From Seison nebaliae (taxonomy: Eukaryota), in NCBI GenBank assembly GCA_023231475.1, contig JALJEE010000947.1, forward strand, positions 1-41,125: a DNA stretch of 41,125 nt. The letters are read 5' to 3'. Position numbers and translations under genes: made by a program. Below, piece after piece: positions 36,597 through 41,125 of the stretch. Positions within the stretch are counted from its first letter, which is position 1. The number at the start of each line of letters is the position of its first letter. Under the pieces are notes generated by a model that saw only the letters and a list, made by a program, of their open reading frames with translations, ran no database searches and was not told the DNA's origin.

Positions 36597-39500
36597 TTAA
36601 TAAAAGAAGATGATGAATAAACAAAAAAATAAAAGTTCAACAGAAAATTTAACATGAATGGAATGGTTTGCATTAATTTTATATTTCGAAAGTACATCAT
36701 TCATTGAACGAATTGACAGATATTGAGAGAAATTCCTTGGCAAACGCAACGGTGCCGTTTCATCGATGATCGTGTAAGTCACAATAATTTCATCATCCTC
36801 AATCATATGGAAAACGTTAGGTGAAAAATATCCGATTGACGTTGTTTCGCCTGTGGGAAATATATCAGGTTCGATATCTAAATTCACAAAATATATCGGT
36901 CTCTTTAATATTCGTTTCATTTTAATTGTTGCAATCGATAATAATGGATCTAATGTCACTGAAGTGATCTGAAAAAAAAATCAATTAGTTTCTTGGGGAA
37001 TCGAATGAGAAAAAATTGAAACGTTTATTGAGTTAGGTTGAAGATTTGAATTGTGCATTGATTTTGCACAGAACATTGTTCGATTATAAATAATGGAATT
37101 AGTTGAATTCTCTTTTGAAAATTCGACAAAGAATTTGACGAAACAACAATGTTGAAGAGAATGCATTCGATAAATGCCAATTTGACTCGTTTGTTCCGAA
37201 CTATTAACTTGATAGGCGAATGTGGAGACATGTACTGGATTAATTGAATTCCATTGGAATTCCTTTATCAGGAAATTCATTTTACCTTTTTCTAAATGAT
37301 CATTATATAATATGATATCGAACATATTATCAGTACGATGAGTGATGGTTAATTGAAATGGTTCATAAGTTGTTTTCATATAGTAATGAAGAATTTTCCA
37401 TTTTCCACCATATTCGATCGACGACCAAGTTGGTGCTTGCCACACATCATTCAATTGCCAATACATAATACCACAATTCAATCCTTCTAAAGTTGTGTCA
37501 TTTAATTTATATTTTGATCTAAAATAATCTGCTGTTCGACTAATTCCAATTGCTTGATCAATCTAAATATATTTTGTTATTTAAGTAATGTAAAAAGATG
37601 ATTTGAAATTGAAATGAAAACTTGTGACAAGTAAATGAAATCTTTGAATTTTTCTAATGATGGAATTGAGGGGATTGTTGGATCATAAGGGAAATGATTC
37701 TTGATCGATTTCAATAGAATAATATTGCCGAAAAAATGATGTTGACGATGAAAAAGTAAATCACTATCTATGGTACAGTCACGTTGGAAATTATCCACAA
37801 TCTTCGCCCACGAACTAAAAGAAGGCATTGATTGAATTCCAAATTCTGACACGAAACGTGAATTTGGCATCAGTTTCTGATCCACCCACCAATCTAATGA
37901 ATAATTATAGAAATGAACTAAATAAATAAAAGTTATTTAAATTGAAATTTGAATAAAGTCAATCTCATTTTTAACCATCACCAAAAAGTGGATTATTTGG
38001 GTTGTTAGAAATCATTTCATTCTTAATGTTATTACTTGGCGATGAGTAAATAAATGGAATATCCAACGAAATATTTCTTACAATCATTTCAATCGTTTCT
38101 TTATACAATTTACGATAATCATCATAATATGGTTTTCTATCCAATTTTTTATATCTGAAAATTTCGATTTATATCTTCATAAATCCCTCGAAAAAAAAAA
38201 GTTTCAAACGTGGTAGCTAATAATTGTTCGTTTTCATTGTTTCCTGCCAATACAACCACACTGGGATGTTGAAGTAATCGCTTTATCTGAAAAAAAAAAT
38301 GATTTTTCAAAAATTCAAATTTTTTCTTTTCCTAACATTCTCTTCAACTTCTCCTTTCACATTATCTAAATATTCTCCATTTGATCGATAGAGAGAACAA
38401 GCAAACATGAAATCTTGCCATATCATAATTCCCAATGTATCAGCCATATCATAAAATTCTTCCTGAAACCATCTCAATTCCATTAATTAAGAAAAATATT
38501 ATAAAAGAATAAACAAATTCATATCGTCCACCACCCCAAACTCTCAACATGTTCATATTCGCCAATTCTGCACTTCTCAACGTTTGAGTTAAAGTTAAAA
38601 TATTGGAAGTAGACAAAGTGTCAAGGAAAGATGAAAGTGGTATAATATTAGATCCTTTAATGTAAATTTTTACATGATTAATTTCGAAATAAAATGTCGA
38701 TCCATTTACATGTTGATTTTGAATGTTTTTCTGAATGAGACGAACTCGTCTAAATCCGATTTTCTTCTCACTTTCAAACACAGTCTCTTTATGTAAAGTT
38801 TGTACTTGAAAATTAATTCGATATCTTGTTTGTTCTCCATAGTGGAGTGGCCACCATAATTTCCATTTTATACGTTTCTAATTCACAAAAAACAAATTAA
38901 TTTCAGAACTATTTTTAAAATAAACTGATAAATTTATTATAAATTTCGGTTTGTTTTCTTGGAAAATAATAGTGGAATTCTGTTGGTCAACTAAAACATT
39001 TCCATCATTTTGAAAAATATTGACATTAAGTAAAAAGTTCTCATCTATTTCGTTTTCTATATGAAAAAAAAAAATGAGTTTGAATTGTTCCTCTAAAAGA
39101 TAAAACAAATTGGGAATTATATTAATAGAATAATTTTCGTTTAAACTTTTCATATCTCTCTGATATTCTGGAATCACATAACAATCATAGATATTTAATG
39201 GATTATCTACCAATTGGATTTTCCTTGAAATATGTCGATATTGAAAGACAAAAGCTTAATAAAAAAAAAGAAACGAATAGATTCCTTGAGTGGGGAAAGA
39301 TGGACCCCAATCCCAAGAAAATGAGGATTGAGTCTTCCGCAACTCATTCACAAAACACTCTCCATTTTGTACAAAGACTGGACACTCGGGAAATATCGGA
39401 TATTTAGCTTCATCTCTCAATTTCTCAGCGTAAGTGACTGGTGAGAAAATTTTTATTTGTATAAGAACTTCCTCGATAGACGTCACGTTTATTGTAAGAA

Positions 39501-39907
39501 AATTTGTTATGAATTGGTTCTTCGTTTTCAATATCGATTCTCCATTCACGAATATTTCACTAATCGTGTCAATCAATCCAAAATTTATTGTTAAACTACT
39601 TTTATTGTTGTTATGGAGATCAATCGTGTTGCTAAAGGTCCAATTGGATTTACTAATCCATTTTAAATTTACATCATTCTTACCTTTCAACGGATACGGT
39701 ATAATTTGTCTTTCATATAAAACTGAATAAATTGTTGCAGGTAATTGAACATTTTCGATCGAAATATTTCTCTCATCTTTTGTTCGGCAGTTGTTAAGCT
39801 AAAATTGATGAGAAATAATAATAACTTGTTATTTTCCAATCATTAATAATTTGTTTTGGCTGAATGGTATTGAAGAGAATTGAATAGAACTTCAATATGA
39901 ATAGCAT
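36597..39907 (-). CDS. MANBA: Beta-mannosidase (GH2) (10 exons; exact start uncertain)
   Basis: RKTQSSFSWDWGP, KGSNIIP, NMNMLRVWGGG.YE, IWQDFMFAC, AGNNENE (acid/base), GDVHFYNY, RFVSEFGIQS (nucleophile) and YWQLNDVWQAPTWSSIEYGGKWK. Nine GTT-AG introns. Confidence 0.95.
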
Positions 39908-40373
39908 TAATTTGAAGAGTAATAATTCAAATGATAACTAATAGAGGAGAAAGTAATTTCATTCTGACAATAATTACAAATCTTCTTTTTAATTAAGAAA
40001 AAGAGCCAAAATGTTTGAAAATCTATCATTAATGTTAGATTTAATTAATTAATCTTATAACTTTGTTGAAATTGCATTTTCTTTTTTTTTATTCTCCTAA
40101 AAACTTTCTTCACATGATTAAATAAAATTTATTCTAAAATAAACAATTCAAACTTCGATCCTTATTTATTTGTTGTTCTTATCAATTGATAAGGATTCAA
40201 TTGAACTAACATTTTATAGGAGAATTCGTGGAAAAATCGTTAATCGTTACCAAACCAATTAAACTTGGACAATTTTTAAAGATTGTAGATACACCTAAGG
40301 GCTCCTACGTTGTATAATACTTAATAATAGTATAATTTATTTTAATAGTAAAATTTAAATAATAGTCTATATA

Positions 40374-40731
40374 TTTTTTTTTTTTTTTATTATAAAATCA
40401 AAGCCCCTCGGAGTAAATTAAAAAGAAAATGAGATAGATTACTGTACATGTTATCAGTGATAAGTTTTCTTCCAATGACGATTTCATCTCGTAAATATTC
40501 CGGAATATGAGAAGTGATATCGAAGTTAGAAGAAATGTAAAGAGCTTCATCGAAAGATTCAGGAACATCAATCCAATAATAAGAACAAAAGAAGATAACC
40601 GGATTGAAAAAAGTTTTACACTGGAGAAAAGATGGAAATAATAAATCAGATTCCTCGATAGACTGAATTAATTGTAAATAAAAATTTAAGTGATTTAAAT
40701 TTGCTAGTACCAGTTTGAATAACGAAAATTG
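40374..40731 (-). pseudogene. Degenerate poly(A)-tailed ORF end (probable non-LTR retroelement or retrocopy), copy 2
   Basis: The frame is open for 113 aa with no upstream ATG (QFSLFK...SNLSHFLFNLLRGALIL*) and has in-frame stops upstream. The stop is followed directly by T A15. Homologous to window positions 1-93. Confidence 0.55.
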
Positions 40732-40977
40732 TCAAATTTTGCGTTAAATTCGATTTAACAGAGAATTCATAAAAAATGTTTCTGTTAACTTGATCATCTC
40801 CTTCATAAACAGTGATTTTTGGGAGAAGTGAACTACGGCAATTTCCGTACATTCTTACAAGGGAACGGTACATGTTCGCATCCGCCGTTTGACTCCAAAA
40901 AAATCATGGAGATAGGAAAAATAAAGCTAAAGAGATGTCTAAATTTTTTTATCCCTAGTCGAAATATTACACCAGAA

Positions 40978-41119
40978 TTTTGGCCTTTTTCTATTCCGTA
41001 TGTAGATGTAGGTATGTATTTTCTATATACAATTCTGTATAAAAAATTATTAAATATATATAGAATTGTATATAAAAAATACATATCTACATCTACATAT
41101 AGAGTAAAAAAGGCCAAAA
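40978..41119. repeat. About 142-bp imperfect inverted repeat (foldback/MITE-like hairpin)
   Basis: Arms 40978-41041 and 41057-41119 are reverse complements with 6 transitions and 1 indel, separated by a 15-nt AT loop. Confidence 0.9.
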
Positions 41120-41125
41120 ACCGGC

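Noticed and set aside
40646..41117. ORFs 40833-41117 and 40646-40873
   Set aside because: The first runs through the inverted repeat. The second is in a different frame from the conserved element C-terminus and has no recognisable motif.
1..41125. Prokaryotic systems (CRISPR arrays, defence operons) or an alternative genetic code
   Set aside because: No repeat-spacer arrays are present. The genes are spliceosomal-intron-containing animal genes, and TAA, TAG and TGA all act as stops.

Overview
AT-rich, compact eukaryotic (animal) genomic DNA using the standard code, with tiny spliceosomal introns (mostly about 42-66 nt). The species cannot be determined from the sequence. Manual splicing gives these genes: an NMD3-like 3' fragment, an intronless stand-alone ZNF451-type PIN/NYN-domain gene, a small Cys-rich ORF, tRNA-Asn(GTT), a sorcin/grancalcin-like penta-EF-hand gene, MTRR, an MMP, a degenerate PCIF1/CAPAM homologue, AMFR/gp78, a divergent actin/Arp1-like gene, an unknown twin-CxxC protein, an ankyrin/coiled-coil protein and beta-mannosidase. 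The strongest signal is the 5' splice site: by my hand count 54 of 56 reconstructed introns begin GTT rather than the GTA/GTG usual in animals, which suggests an altered U1/5'-splice-site recognition system. Other highlights are a PCIF1 lacking the NPPF catalytic motif and WW domain, two diverged poly(A)-tailed ORF ends at opposite ends of the window, a 142-bp foldback, an MMP with very large basic insertions, and a tight co-oriented four-gene array. All family assignments are from recalled motifs, not database searches.
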